Notes: generated by a model not told the origin, from the sequence alone. A stretch of DNA of 63,578 nt, filler included, from Octopus bimaculoides (GCF_001194135.2; 6 parts of 6 records of this genome joined end to end with filler, not necessarily neighbours in it), one strand, 5' to 3'; shown: positions 28,490 to 40,556, numbered from the whole stretch's first letter. Numbers and translations: made by a program.

Positions 28490-28710
28490 CATTTACAATT
28501 CAAAACAACAGAAAAGGCCACTAAGTGTCTTTGGATAAAGAGGGCAGACCAATGGTTTGCTGCTACTAGAAAGCAAGCTGAGACTTGATCAACGCTGCCT
28601 GGGTCAACTGGGTGAGTGGGTCTGATGATGAAGGGCTCGAAACTGCATGAGACCCAAGAAACATCACTGACGATAGATCTCAGAGTTTCCGCGAGATGCA
28701 TCTTACAAAC
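28490..28710 (+). mobile_element. 3' end of a HERO/NeSL-like RLE retrotransposon (ORF end plus 3' UTR)
   Basis: TTEKATKCLWIKRADQWFAATRKQAET* (TGA at 28586-28588) resembles the AEKAxxWLWIKRxxxW C-terminus I recall for HERO elements. Family assignment is from memory. Confidence 0.5.
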
Positions 28711-28918
28711 TAAACATGTATTTACAGTTCCTAACGGCCACTTTTTGTTTTCACTGTAGCCCTTAATCTTTTCTTAACTGAAGTGTATCATTTATTATGT
28801 TTAAAGAATAGGTAAATGTATATGCCGCACCCCGTATGCCGTGTCTTCACATTGCAAAAAGCATCTCGGTTATTATGGAAAACACATCAAGTAAATATTA
28901 CGAAACTTTCTGTTGCAG

Positions 28919-29111
28919 GTCAGTGGCCGAAAGGCTGAAAGTCGGCGAAACTGTCTATCCTGAAGTATTCGAATCCGTGACCATATTTTTCTCAGACATC
29001 GTTGGTTTCACTACTTTGTCTGCTCTCAGTACACCTATGCAAGTCGTGGACCTTTTAAATGAACTCTATACTCTCTTTGATGACGTCATTGCCCAACATG
29101 ATGTTTATAAG
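28919..29111 (+). CDS. Receptor guanylyl cyclase, exon with N-terminal half of the class III cyclase catalytic domain
   Basis: tgttgcag acceptor and gtatga donor. 193 nt, phase 2 to 0. Joins the previous exon as AG+G=Arg. [64 protein letters not shown] contains the metal-binding Asp of SDIVGF. Confidence 0.95.
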
Positions 29112-29165
29112 GTATGATTATTAAATTTTTACTTATCTTATTCCTCTTTTATCGTTTACCTGTCT

Positions 29166-29520
29166 CAGTCATTAAGCTGCGGCCATGCTTCAGCACCAGT
29201 GCGAAGGGTTTTAGTCGAATAAATCGAACCCATACATTTTTTTTTGTCGGATACTTTTCTTTTGGTTCTCTTTTGCCGAACTGTTAATTTTACGGGAGAT
29301 GTAAACAAAGCAACACCGGTTGTCAAGCGCTGATGATGGACAAACATAAACACACACACAAAATTATATACGACGGGCTTCCACACAGTTTCCATCTACC
29401 GAAGTAACTCACAAGGAATTGGTCGACCCGGAACTATAGTAAAAGGTTATTTCCCAAAGTACCACGAAGTGGAACTGAACTCGAAACCAGAAGGTTCCAA
29501 AACGAGCTTCTTAACCGCCT
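29166..29520 (-). mobile_element. SINE family A, near-complete antisense copy about 55 bp downstream of a GC exon donor
   Basis: Reverse complement of the 14018-14420 pattern, including a short internal (CA)n. Confidence 0.7.
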
Positions 29521-30215
29521 TGGGATATTGTTTTGTCAAAGAAAGCAATATTTGATAAATTATTTTATTTTATTTTACACACGGCTGAAAGAGTGAAATT
29601 TGAAAAATATTTGAACACTTATTTTTATTGCCGTATTTTCGAGCATTCAAATTGTGGTGTAAACATACAATGTAAACATACATACATTGTCACTATCCTT
29701 CCANNNNNNNNNNNNNNNNNNNNNNNNNNNNNNNNNNNNNNNNNNNNNNNNNNNNNNNNNNNNNNNNNNNNNNNNNNNNNNNNNNNNNNNNNNNNNNNNN
29801 NNNNNNNNNNNNNNNNNNNNNNNNNNNNNNNNNNNNNNNNNNNNNNNNNNNNNNNNNNNNNNNNNNNNNNNNNNNNNNNNNNNNNNNNNNNNNNNNNNNN
29901 NNNNNNNNNNNNNNNNNNNNNNNNNNNNNNNNNNNNNNNNNNNNNNNNNNNNNNNNNNNNNNNNNNNNNNNNNNNNNNNNNNNNNNNNNNNNNNNNNNNN
30001 NNNNNNNNNNNNNNNNNNNNNNNNNNNNNNNNNNNATTTCTATCCGGGCCCAGAGACTCTAGCAATTCATCCCCATATTGAAATATTAACAGTTACGTGA
30101 CTTATTGAAAAAAAACAATATTTGTAGCATGGCCGCAGTCTAATGACAAAAGCAAGTAAAAGTAAATGGGTGGTTTTGAATAAAGAGGACAGATCGATAA
30201 TTTGCTATTAATGGA

Positions 30216-30328
30216 TGGCGGCGAGCTGGCAGAAACGTTAGCACGCCGGGCGAAATTCATAGCGGTATTTCTTCTGTCTTTATGTTCTGAGTTCAAATTC
30301 CGCCGTGGTCGACTTTGCCTTTCATCCT
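30216..30328 (+). mobile_element. SINE-B 5' half; a further decayed copy lies at about 30697-30910
   Basis: ggcggcgagctggcagaaacgttagcacgccgggcg...gtcgactttgcctttcatcc. Confidence 0.8.
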
Positions 30329-30384
30329 TGGAGTAAACAGATGGGAAATAACAGTTGCTACCTAAAGACAAAAATCGTATTACT

Positions 30385-30530
30385 TCAGCTGAAGGCCTGA
30401 AAAGACATGTTCAGAGAGTGCATATGGTGGCACCTGTTTCTCCTGCCAGCCAGCACAGTTGTCAAGTATGTAATAAAATGTGTAAAAGGCATGTAAGGCG
30501 ATTGGAACGTTACCATCACACTAATTGTTA
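30385..30530 (+). pseudogene. Degenerate C2H2 zinc-finger fragment, probably a LINE C-terminus
   Basis: TSAEGLKRHVQRVH...HSCQVCNKMCK. No splice signals or complete finger seen. Confidence 0.35.
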
Positions 30531-31224
30531 CAATCCAAGTAATTTGGAACACTTTGTGATGGTCGTAGGGACTGTCTCCTTTTCTTCCCTTTGACTAAAC
30601 CAATAAATATTATACAGGTAAATCTTAAGTTGTTTCAAGTTACGTCTTTTTATATAAACCTTGCGTTTATATTTCAAAAAATTCTTATGAAAAGCGGCGC
30701 GCCGGGATAATCTTTTGCGCTCTGGACAAGGCGTTTAAGTGAAATTTTTCCGGCTTAACGTTCTGAGTTCAAATGCCACCTATGTCGACTTTGCCTTTCA
30801 TCATTTTGGTGCCGTTAAAGTAAGTACCAATTGAGCATTGGTACTTACTCAATGTGATCGCCTGGCCCTCTCCTCAAAAGTTTTAGGTCTTGTGCCAACA
30901 TCTGAAACAATTATTTAGTCGGAAAGAAGCGACAGTGCTTCTGTCTTTCACAGGAACTTCGACATTTGTACAATTGAAAGCTTCTTCAAGATTGTACATT
31001 TTGAAGATTTTTAAGGTTACGCCTGTTGGAAGAAAACAATTAGGGAGGCATGAAGAATTAAATATATATCTTAGTTCCAAGATATATCTCACAGTTACTC
31101 TAAGATGCATCATCAGTGATGTTCTGTGAGTCTCAACAGGTTTCTAGTCTTTCAGCATTAGAGCACTTCGCCTAGTTATTCCATCCGGCTTCATCAAGAG
31201 CTAGCTTGCATCTCAGTAACAGCA

Positions 31225-31397
31225 AATTCATTTCTACTCTAGGTACAAGGCCCCCAAATTTTTTGTGAGGGGCCCAGTCGATTAGATCGATCCTAGTATG
31301 CAACTGGTATTTAATTTATCGACCCCGAAAAGATGAAAGGCAAAGTCGACCTCGGTGGAATTTGAACTCTGGACGTAAAGACAGACAAAATACCGCT
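31225..31397 (-). mobile_element. SINE-B antisense copy
   Basis: Reverse complement aligns with 26968-27090. Confidence 0.8.
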
Positions 31398-31559
31398 TCT
31401 TCTTCTTCTTCTTCTTCTCCCTTCCTTTTNNNNNNNNNNNNNNNNNNNNNNNNNNNNNNNNNNNNNNNNNNNNNNNNNNNNNNNNNNNNNNNNNNNNNNN
31501 NNNNNNNNNNNNNNNNNNNNNNNNNNNNNNNNNNNNNNNNNNNNNNNNNNNNNNNNNNN

Positions 31560-31599
<40 letters not shown>

Positions 31600-32087
31600 T
31601 CGACGGCGCCAACTCCTACAACCCTATTATGTGTTGCTGGCTTAAAGCAATATAAAAATAATTACGTTCGTTATTGCTGTTATGGTTTACTCTCAGCTTT
31701 CGTCTAATAAATATTTCTAACAAATATATAATTCACTTCTCATTTTTTTTTCTACTTGTGACGGGAAACCATGACCCTTGTAGATTGATAAGATTGACAT
31801 CGCTAATGTTCCATTAAAACTATTTGCACGTTATTACTCGTAGGAAAGACATGGGGAGAATCCAGAATGGCGACGATTTGGAATTGAAGGATTGGGGAAT
31901 AGTGGTTAGTGCGGGGAAACAGTGGGTGGTTGAGCGCAGCATGGATGCTGTTAGGTAAAGAGACGAGTGGGATGGCGAGCTGTAGGTGGTTCAGTTAATG
32001 GAAGAACTGAAACTTCAATGTGGAAACACAAAGAGAGGGTTCCACCACCACCACCACCACCACCACCATCATCAATCATCATCGTCG

Positions 32088-32127
<40 letters not shown>

Positions 32128-33322
32128 CATCATCGTCGTGGTCATTGTCATCATCTTCATCATCGTCGTCGCTGTCATCAATCATCATCGTCGTCATCGT
32201 CATCATCATTCTCATCATCATCATAATCATAATTTTTGTCGTTGTTGTCATCATCACATTATTATCACTACTACCACTATCATCATCATCATCGTTATCA
32301 TCAACATCGTCATCCTCCTCCTCCTCCTCCTCCTNNNNNNNNNNNNNNNNNNNNNNNNNNNNNNNNNNNNNNNNNNNNNNNNNNNNNNNNNNNNNNNNNN
32401 NNNNNNNNNNNNNNNNNNNNNNNNNNNNNNNNNNNNNNNNNNNNNNNNNNNNNNNNNNNNNNNNNNNNNNNNNNNNNNNNNNNNNNNNNNNNNNNNNNNN
32501 NNNNNNNNNNNNNNNNNNNNNNNNNNNNNNNNNNNNNNNNNNNNNNNNNNNNNNNNNNNNNNNNNNNNNNNNNNNNNNNNNNNNNNNNNNNNNNNNNNNN
32601 NNNNNNNNNNNNNNNNNNNNNNNNNNNNNNNNNNNNNNNNNNNNNNNNNNNNNNNNNNNNNNNNNNNNNNNNNNNNNNNNNNNNNNNNNNNNNNNNNNNN
32701 NNNNNNNNNNNNNNNNNNNNNNNNNNNNNNNNNNNNNNNNNNNNNNNNNNNNNNNNNNNNNNNNNNNNNNNNNNNNNNNNNNNNNNNNNNNNNNNNNNNN
32801 NNNNNNNNNNNNNNNNNNNNNNNNNNNNNNNNNNNNNNNNNNNNNNNNNNNNNNNNNNNNNNNNNNNNNNNNNNNNNNNNNNNNNNNNNNNNNNNNNNNN
32901 NNNNNNNNNNNNNNNNNNNNNNNNNNNNNNNNNNNNNNNNNNNNNNNNNNNNNNNNNNNNNNNNNNNNNNNNNNNNNNNNNNNNNNNNNNNNNNNNNNNN
33001 NNNNNNNNNNNNNNNNNNNNNNNNNNNNNNNNNNNNNNNNNNNNNNNNNNNNNNNNNNNNNNNNNNNNNNNNNNNNNNNNNNNNNNNNNNNNNNNNNNNN
33101 NNNNNNNNNNNNNNNNNNNNNNNNNNNNNNNNNNNNNNNNNNNNNNNNNNNNNNNNNNNNNNNNNNNNNNNNNNNNNNNNNNNNNNNNNNNNNNNNNNNN
33201 NNNNNNNNNNNNNNNNNNNNNNNNNNNNNNNNNNNNNNNNNNNNNNNNNNNNNNNNNNNNNNNNNNNNNNNNNNNNNNNNNNNNNNNNNNNNNNNNNNNN
33301 NNNNNNNNNNNNNNNNNNNNNN

Positions 33323-33900
33323 TGTCTCTCATTTCTTTTCTTTGTACTCCTCTCAATTCATCTTTTCTTTTTTTTATTCTTTCCTCCTTTCTCTCCACCC
33401 ACTTCGCAGTCTCTTTCCCTCTCGCAGTGTTTCCCCCCCCCCTCTCGCTGGCTCCTTTTCCCTTTCTTCACATTTTTCTCTCTCGTGCTTTATCCTCCTC
33501 TCATCCACTCTTTTATAACTCTTCTCCCGCTCTCATACTCCTTCCTACTTCCTTCTTCCCTCTTGCTGTCTCCTCTCCCTCTCACAGCCTTCTCTTTTGC
33601 TATCTCCTCCCCTTTCGATGTCCCCTCCCCTCTTGATGTCTTCCCGCCTCTAACTGCCTTCTCTTTTGCGATCTCCTCCCCTCTTGCTGTTTCCTCCTCT
33701 CTCGTTGTCTTCTCCCCTCGCTGTCTCCTCCTCTCGTTGTCTCCTTCCCTCGCTGTCTCCTTCCCTCTTTGTCTCACCCCCCTCGCAGTCTCCACCCCTT
33801 CTCCCCTCAGTGTTTCCACCCCTCTCGCCGTCTCCTCCCCTTCCAACGTTCTCTCTCTTTCTCTCGTTCTCTCCTCCCCTTCACTCTTTCATTCTCTATC
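33323..33900. repeat. C/T-rich degenerate minisatellite (unit about ctctcgctgtctcctccc)
   Basis: Repeated 16-21 nt pyrimidine units ending about 70 bp before a GC exon acceptor. Confidence 0.7.
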
Positions 33901-33971
33901 ATTTCCCATCTTCAATTCTATTTGATTTAACACTGTTTTAATTACCGTGTATTCATGTGTTCGAAATTCAG

Positions 33972-34161
33972 GTAGAAACTATTGGTGATGCATACATGGT
34001 AGCAAGTGGCCTTCCTCACCGCAATGGAGATTTACACGCAGGCCAGATTGCAGACATGTCATTAAATATTGTCAGTTCCATCTTAACATTCCGAATCCAC
34101 CACATGCCAGACAGGCAGCTGCAAGTACGCATTGGAATACACACTGGACCTGTGTGTGCAG
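33972..34161 (+). CDS. Receptor guanylyl cyclase, catalytic-domain exon (VETIGDAYM...[10 protein letters not shown])
   Basis: aattcag acceptor and gtcaga donor. 190 nt, phase 0 to 1. [63 protein letters not shown](G). Has the GTP-specifying Glu of KVETIGD and the second metal-binding Asp. Confidence 0.95.
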
Positions 34162-34412
34162 GTCAGACAAAATCTTATATTATTTCTTCTGCAGTTTCAT
34201 CATCTTTACCCAAACCGATGGTATTAAACTTTTTTTTGTTTTGTATGCCTTAGTCAGAAAAGAAAAAAACAGCACTAAATATGAATTATGTAGGGCATCC
34301 AAGACCGATGAAAGGAAGTAGGGAAAAGAGCCCTAATATTTACAACAGAGTTTCTTCTGTTATAGGTCTATAATGGTAAGGTTGTAGTGCAATAGAATTG
34401 CACAGCATGGTA

Positions 34413-34668
34413 CACTAGCGTAACTAGAGGTGGTGGAAAGGCGGTCCGCTCCGGGCGGCACTTTTATGAGGGCGCCATCACTTTTCGGTCTGTTGTGGGC
34501 TATAAGCCTGTATAGGCTATAATGAAATCAAGTCGGGACACAGACAGTACTCACTGTTAATTGCAACAATCGATATAGTCACTGTGCAATATATATATTT
34601 TGTGGGAGGCCCGGGGGCGGCAAATTGAAGGGCCGCCCTGGGCAGCACTCACTCTAGCTACACCACTG
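34413..34668. mobile_element. hAT-like MITE
   Basis: Imperfect 17-bp TIRs cactagcgtaactagag / ctctagctacaccactg (13/17 match). 8-bp flanks gcatggta / ccgtggta (6/8 match) fit a hAT TSD. Confidence 0.6.
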
Positions 34669-35149
34669 CCGTGGTACAATGTACTTGCGATAATACAGCT
34701 GTATACAGTTGTAAAAGTACATAGGATAATTCAGATATATATTGAAGTAGAAGTGCTTGTTATGATTGAGCTTGTACAGTATGGCTGTGGTAGGAGCTAT
34801 ATGTTGCAATAATCCCAAAGTGCACTATGACAGAAGATACCTTTTATGACACAACTGTACACTGTGGTAGAAGTATCTGTTACAATTGAAACGTATACTA
34901 TGGTAGAGGTATAACAGAATTGTACCCTATGATAGAACGGATCTCTTATAATACTAACTCTTCTCTGTGATACAATATACGAGGTATAACAGAACTAAAC
35001 ATCGTGGTACAGCATATCTGTAGTAATATACCTTTGGGTCAAAGTAGGGAGTAATTTTTATATAAGAAATGTAAAGCGAAAAATCTATTCTAATGACATA
35101 CGGTATCCATTAAATTTGTTCTGTTAAAACAATTGTTACTGTTCAATAT

Positions 35150-35515
35150 TGGGCTCCTGTTCAAATTCCTCCGAGCTCGACTTAGTCGTTCATCCTTCGG
35201 CGTTGATGAAATAGGTATCAGTTGAGCACTGGGGTCGATATAATCGACTTATCCGCCCCCCCACCTGAAATTGCTGGCTATGTGTCAAAATTTAAAACCA
35301 ATATTGGGGACCTGTTCAAGACGGAGAGCTGGCAGAATCTTTAGTACGCCGAGTAAAATGCTGCAAAGCATTTCTTACGTCTCTACGTTCCGAGTTCAAA
35401 TTGCCTTTCATCCTTTCGGGATCGATAAAATAAGTACCAATTGAGCACTAGAATCGGTGTAAACGACTTATCTACTCCTCGAAATTACTGGTCTTGTACC
35501 AAAATTTGAAACCAG
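35150..35515 (+). mobile_element. Two decayed tandem SINE-B copies
   Basis: Cores ggggtcgatataatcgactt (about 35232) and tttcatcctttcgggatcgataaaataagtacc (about 35406). Confidence 0.72.
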
Positions 35516-36580
35516 TATCAGATTCCTATTAAGGAATGGTTGTCATTGTTGCAGTATTAGGATTCTTTAAAGTATACTCGCTTCTTTCACAATATTAGGG
35601 TCCTATTAGGCTATAGGTGGCACTATAAGTTATCACACTGTATAACAAAATTAAAATTTTTTTTTTTTTGTCTTCGGTCAGTATGTGTTATTATTTGCTT
35701 CTTTCTAGAAATCAAAGGAAATGACGACTATTCTCTTCAAACTTAGCTTTTGTGACCTGGACAGCAATGTTTTGAAATTGACCTATTTTCCATTACATTT
35801 CAGACAGACTCAGCGCTGAGTTGCTGAAGCAAAAATATCGTTATAGCAAATATTCTGTTCAATACCAGAGATTTTCTTGTCATTTGCATGATCTTAACTA
35901 CTTGAGCATGTCCCTTAGGGGCTGACAATATGTGCATCTCTGATCAGGAATAGTGGGGGAGCATCATAGGCATGTGTTGAGAGGGATTCTTTCAGGTTTA
36001 AATAAACGTAACAAAAACAAACGTTAGCCATTTTACATACTTTCTTGGAGTAAACAAATGGGAAATAACAGTTGCTGCCTAAGAACAAAAATCGTATTAC
36101 ACATGATCCTTTTGGGGACATTGTAATCAACTTTCCCTTGTGCCAAAACTTGAAACCAATATTAGAGTCCTATTAATTACAGGTTTCACTGTCAAAATAT
36201 TAAGGTTTTGTTAGGATATGGTTTCCACTGGCATAGTGTTAAGGTTCCTGCCATTGTCACTATTGTGAAGTCAAGGTAGAGAGATAGAATGGGTAGCGAA
36301 AGAAGAATGATATGTAGCTAACTCCTAATAACGGAGGCCGTTGTAGTAGCAGTAGAAGTAGAATAGTGAGGAGACGGCACGTGTGCAGGATAAAGATTGG
36401 TGTTTGTTGGTAAGTCGTTGCAATCAGCTGTTTTTCTCTCGGATGCGGTCTAAGACGTTTTCTACGTAGCAAAAGCAATGTCTCGGATCGGGCGGCAGTA
36501 TTTTAATTTCATTGTGGGCTTCGTTTGAGATTTGTAAAGAGTGAGTTGCTGTTTGAAGTTGAAGTATTTTGCAGCCAAGA

Positions 36581-36735
36581 TTGGCGTTAGGAAGGGCATT
36601 CAGCCGTAGAAACCTTGCCAAATCAGATTGGAAACTAGTGCAACCCCCCCCCCCCGGCCTACCAGTTTTCAGTCAAACCGTCCAACCCATGCCAGCATGG
36701 AAAGCGGACGTTAAATGGTGATGATGATGATGATG
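36581..36735 (+). mobile_element. RTE-type retroposon 3' tail ending in (GAT)n
   Basis: ggcgttaggaagggcat...ccaacccatgccagcatggaaagcggacgttaaa(tga)n. Homologous to 42935-43100. Confidence 0.7.
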
Positions 36736-37932
36736 AAGAAGAAGGCAAGTATTTGGGATGCGAGTTTCTTTTTTCTATGTTACGAATACAACCATACCAG
36801 CAGAGATCATTCGTGGATTTGCGGTTTAACATTTGTAGCATTTCAAGCGGGTAGAAATGCGTGTTATCTAAGTCTAGAAAGAATGTGGTACAAATTGTTT
36901 CCATGAAACATGAAGCCATTGTGTCTGTGTCCTGTGGAATGATACCAGATTATCACTTTTTATTTAAGTGAAGCATACTACCAAAAATACCCTACTGCTT
37001 CCCATACTGTAATTCATTGTGCATGCATTTCTTACATTCACTTGTTATATTAAACTTGAAACTGCAATGAGAGAAGGCCCATGTTATATGATATAGGTGT
37101 ACGTCTGACGTCAACAGGTCTTTAATACGACATAGATTTCTTTTCTCAACCGGATATATAACACGATCTTAACTTTAAGAAAGAAAACCAAAAACAGGTG
37201 CGAATGGGAGGTTCACTCTCATATTCTATATCTGTTCCACAGAGACAAAGATATACACACAAATATATACAAACATACGTACACAAGTATATACATGCAT
37301 GTATGTATGTATGTATGTATGTATGTATGTATGTATGTATGTATGTATGTATGTATGTATGTANNNNNNNNNNNNNNNNNNNNNNNNNNNNNNNNNNNNN
37401 NNNNNNNNNNNNNNNNNNNNNNNNNNNNNNNNNNNNNNNNNNNNNNNNNNNNNNNNNNNNNNNNNNNNNNNNNNNNNNNNNNNNNNNNNNNNNNNNNNNN
37501 NNNNNNNNNNNNNNNNNNNNNNNNNNNNNNNATATATATACATATATATATATAATACGAATAATCACAAAAAACAAGGTTGGTATATTGAGGGAAAGGG
37601 CAGGGAGAGAGAAAATAGATCAACCAAAAATAAACAGCTGTCATTTTCTAATCTAAAACTATCTGTATATTTCCGCCCTTCCCTGATATTCTTATTAACC
37701 ATAGCAGTCAACTGACTTATATCAAGCCATCTTATTATCTTGTTTTAGATAAGATTCACCAATCAAATATTGAGAATCGGTAATCTGCCAACCATTTTTA
37801 TAACTACATTATAACAAAGATGTAAACATCCAACGAAAACCAAAAATAACTACAAAACTATGTATCATTTGGGTGGGGAAAATTAAGTAAATAAACAGAA
37901 ATGAATGAACGAAGCAACAACAAAAACAGCTA

Positions 37933-37976
<44 letters not shown>

Positions 37977-38017
37977 AATTATGATAATGGCTTCAAAGTT
38001 TTCCATAAGGGCAGCAA

Positions 38018-38555
38018 TGAAATATGGCTTAAAAAATGTGCAAAAGCAACCTTGAAAAGAGGAAAACTAATTATGAGTAGAAGCATCTCACTCGATAAAG
38101 CAAATGAAATAAGAGAATTAGACCAAAGCCATACATACAAATACTTAGGAATCAATTAATTAGATACGATACAACACACACAAATGGAAGAGAAAATAAT
38201 GAAAGAATATTATAGACAAGTTAGGTTAATACTGATAACAGCGCTCAATACGAAAAAGTAGATAATAAGTATCAACACTCTACCCATCCCAGTTTTAAGT
38301 TGCAGCTACAATATCCTTAACTGGATATTAAATGAACTAATCAAAATAGACAGGAAAACAAGGAAAATAATGACAGGATTTAGGATACACCACCCAAAAT
38401 CTGACATAGAAAGGTTATATATAGAACGTATAGAAGGTGGTAGAGGCCTTATACATCTGGAAAACTATTATAAAATAACCACCATAGGACTACAAAAATA
38501 CCTACTTCAGAAGCAAGGAAAATTAATACAAATAGCCACGAAACACAAACAAAAC
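38018..38555 (+). mobile_element. R4/Dong-like LINE fragment (RT end/thumb region), pseudogenised
   Basis: KCAKATLKRGK...YKYLGI...IDRKTRKIMT..RIHHPKSDIERLYIERIEGGRGL, with in-frame stops. Confidence 0.75.
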
Positions 38556-38758
38556 TCAGCTAGAAGTCCTGTTCAATCTTCATCTTCAAGGCTGAAATCT
38601 CCACTTCTGAATTTTGCAAACCATCTTCTGGAAGTTCTTTCATTGAAGCATTCTTTCCTATAAACTGAGTGTATGTTTCGAGTCGCTTCGGCAACAGAGT
38701 TTCCTTTCTTGTACTCTTAAAGCATTATGTGCCTCAAATGCTCTTTGGATATTTCCAT
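38553..38758 (-). mobile_element. Mariner transposase N-terminal HTH fragment (dead)
   Basis: ATG at 38758. MEISKEHLRHIML*EYKKGNSVAEATRNIHSVYRKECFNERTSRRWFAKFRSGDFSLEDED*TG is the typical mariner N-terminus, with two premature stops. Confidence 0.85.
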
Positions 38759-39081
38759 GTTAGAAAGGGTTTTAATCAAAGAAATTTTAATTCTATTATT
38801 CTGTAAAATAATATTTAATTAGTTAAAATGTACACAAATGCATAAAAATAGTTTTTAATTCCATTAGACATTCTAAAATACTATTAAATTTTATTCGATT
38901 TTAAAAAAGGTAAAATCGGACAAAACTTTATATATATATGNNNNNNNNNNNNNNNNNNNNNNNNNNNNNNNNNNNNNNNNNNNNTTAATTAATTAANNNN
39001 NNNNNNNNNNNNNNNNNNNNNNNNNNNNNNNNNNNNNNNNGGTTGGTAAGCAAGCTACTTACCACACAGCCACTCTTGAGC

Positions 39082-39764
39082 CTAAAAAAGTTTTATCAGA
39101 CAATTAAAATATTTATTTTTACTTAAAAAATTTTTTTTTTTTAAATATTTTAAAAATATTTGAAAAAAGTCTTTTACTTCCCTCATACAAGTACATCCAA
39201 AAATTCATAATAATCAGACTTCACATGTCAAATTCAACATTCACATATATCTATGGCCATTTCGGGAGCTCACCACTGCAGTTTATTTACACTAAAGTGC
39301 ATCACGGTGATGACACCCTCATCAGAATAAACACGAAACACGCATAGATCAAACTTTTTTTCTTATGTAAAGCTTATACTTTTATGTAAAGCTTATATAA
39401 TTTAAAAGAAAAACCCATCAGAGGACCAGTCCAAATTTTCTAAAAACAAAAAACGTCTATTGTTAAACAATCAGGTGGATGTAGCTAACAGAAATTCAAC
39501 CTCACTGGTTTCAAATCCCCATAATTCTAAACAATTTTATTACATCTACTTTTATTTCTATACACTTTCAAAAAGGTGGATGAAAACCTATGATTGCAAA
39601 AAAAAGACTTTTTTCAAGGTGTATGTGAATTTGACCCGTGGAAGTCTGTTTACCTATGAACTTTGGACGTACTTGTATGAGGGAAGTAAAAGACTTTTTC
39701 AAATATTTAAAAAAAAAAAATTTTTAATCAAAAAAGAATATTTTGTCTGATAAAACTTTTTTAG
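39082..39764. mobile_element. Foldback/MITE with about 170-bp imperfect TIRs
   Basis: Terminal 21-mers ctaaaaaagttttatcagaca and tgtctgataaaacttttttag are exact reverse complements. 39082-39250 mirrors 39610-39764. TA at both ends could be the TSD. Confidence 0.75.
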
Positions 39765-40064
39765 TTGGTGGACATTTATTTTATTTTATTTTTACCTTTA
39801 CTTATTTTATATTTGTCTATTAGGTTGTTTTTTTGGTAGTTTTTGAATTTTTAGCTGTTTATATTTAACTTTTTGACAGGCCATTCTATTTTATTTTATT
39901 CAATAATATATATTTACCTTTTGTGATTTTATGTCTATGTATTATTCTTATGTGTTTGGGAACCATGGTGTTTTTTTATATATGATTAAATGTTTGAGGG
40001 GTGGTGTTGTATAGTTGACCCAAATTTAATGCTTGTTCTATAACCAATGCTTTTTAAATATAAG

Positions 40065-40106
<42 letters not shown>

Positions 40107-40556
40107 CATACATATATTGTGTGCATATATATGTATTTATACACACATATATATATGTATATATATATATGTATTTATTTANNNNNNNNNNNNNNNNNNN
40201 NNNNNNNNNNNNNNNNNNNNNNNNNNNNNNNNNNNNNNNNNNNNNNNNNNNNNNNNNNNNNNNNNNNNNNNNNNNNNNNNNNNNNNNNNNNNNNNNNNNN
40301 NNNNNNNNNNNNNNNNNNNNNNNNNNNNNNNNNNNNNNNNNNNNNNNNNNNNNNNNNNNNNNNNNNNNNNNNNNNNNNNNNNNNNNNNNNNNNNNNNNNN
40401 NNNNNNNNNNNNNNNNNNNNNNNNNNNNNNNNNNNNNNNNNNNNNNNNNNNNNNNNNNNNNNNNNNNNNNNNNNNNNNTAAATGTTTGAGGGGTGGTGTT
40501 GTATAGTTGACCCAAATTTAATGCTTGTTCTATAACCAATGCTTTTTAAATATAAG

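Noticed and set aside
36245-36290. CHCHYCE resembling netrin EGF-2 (RHCHYCKE)
   Set aside because: In-frame stops a few codons on either side and no other netrin residues.
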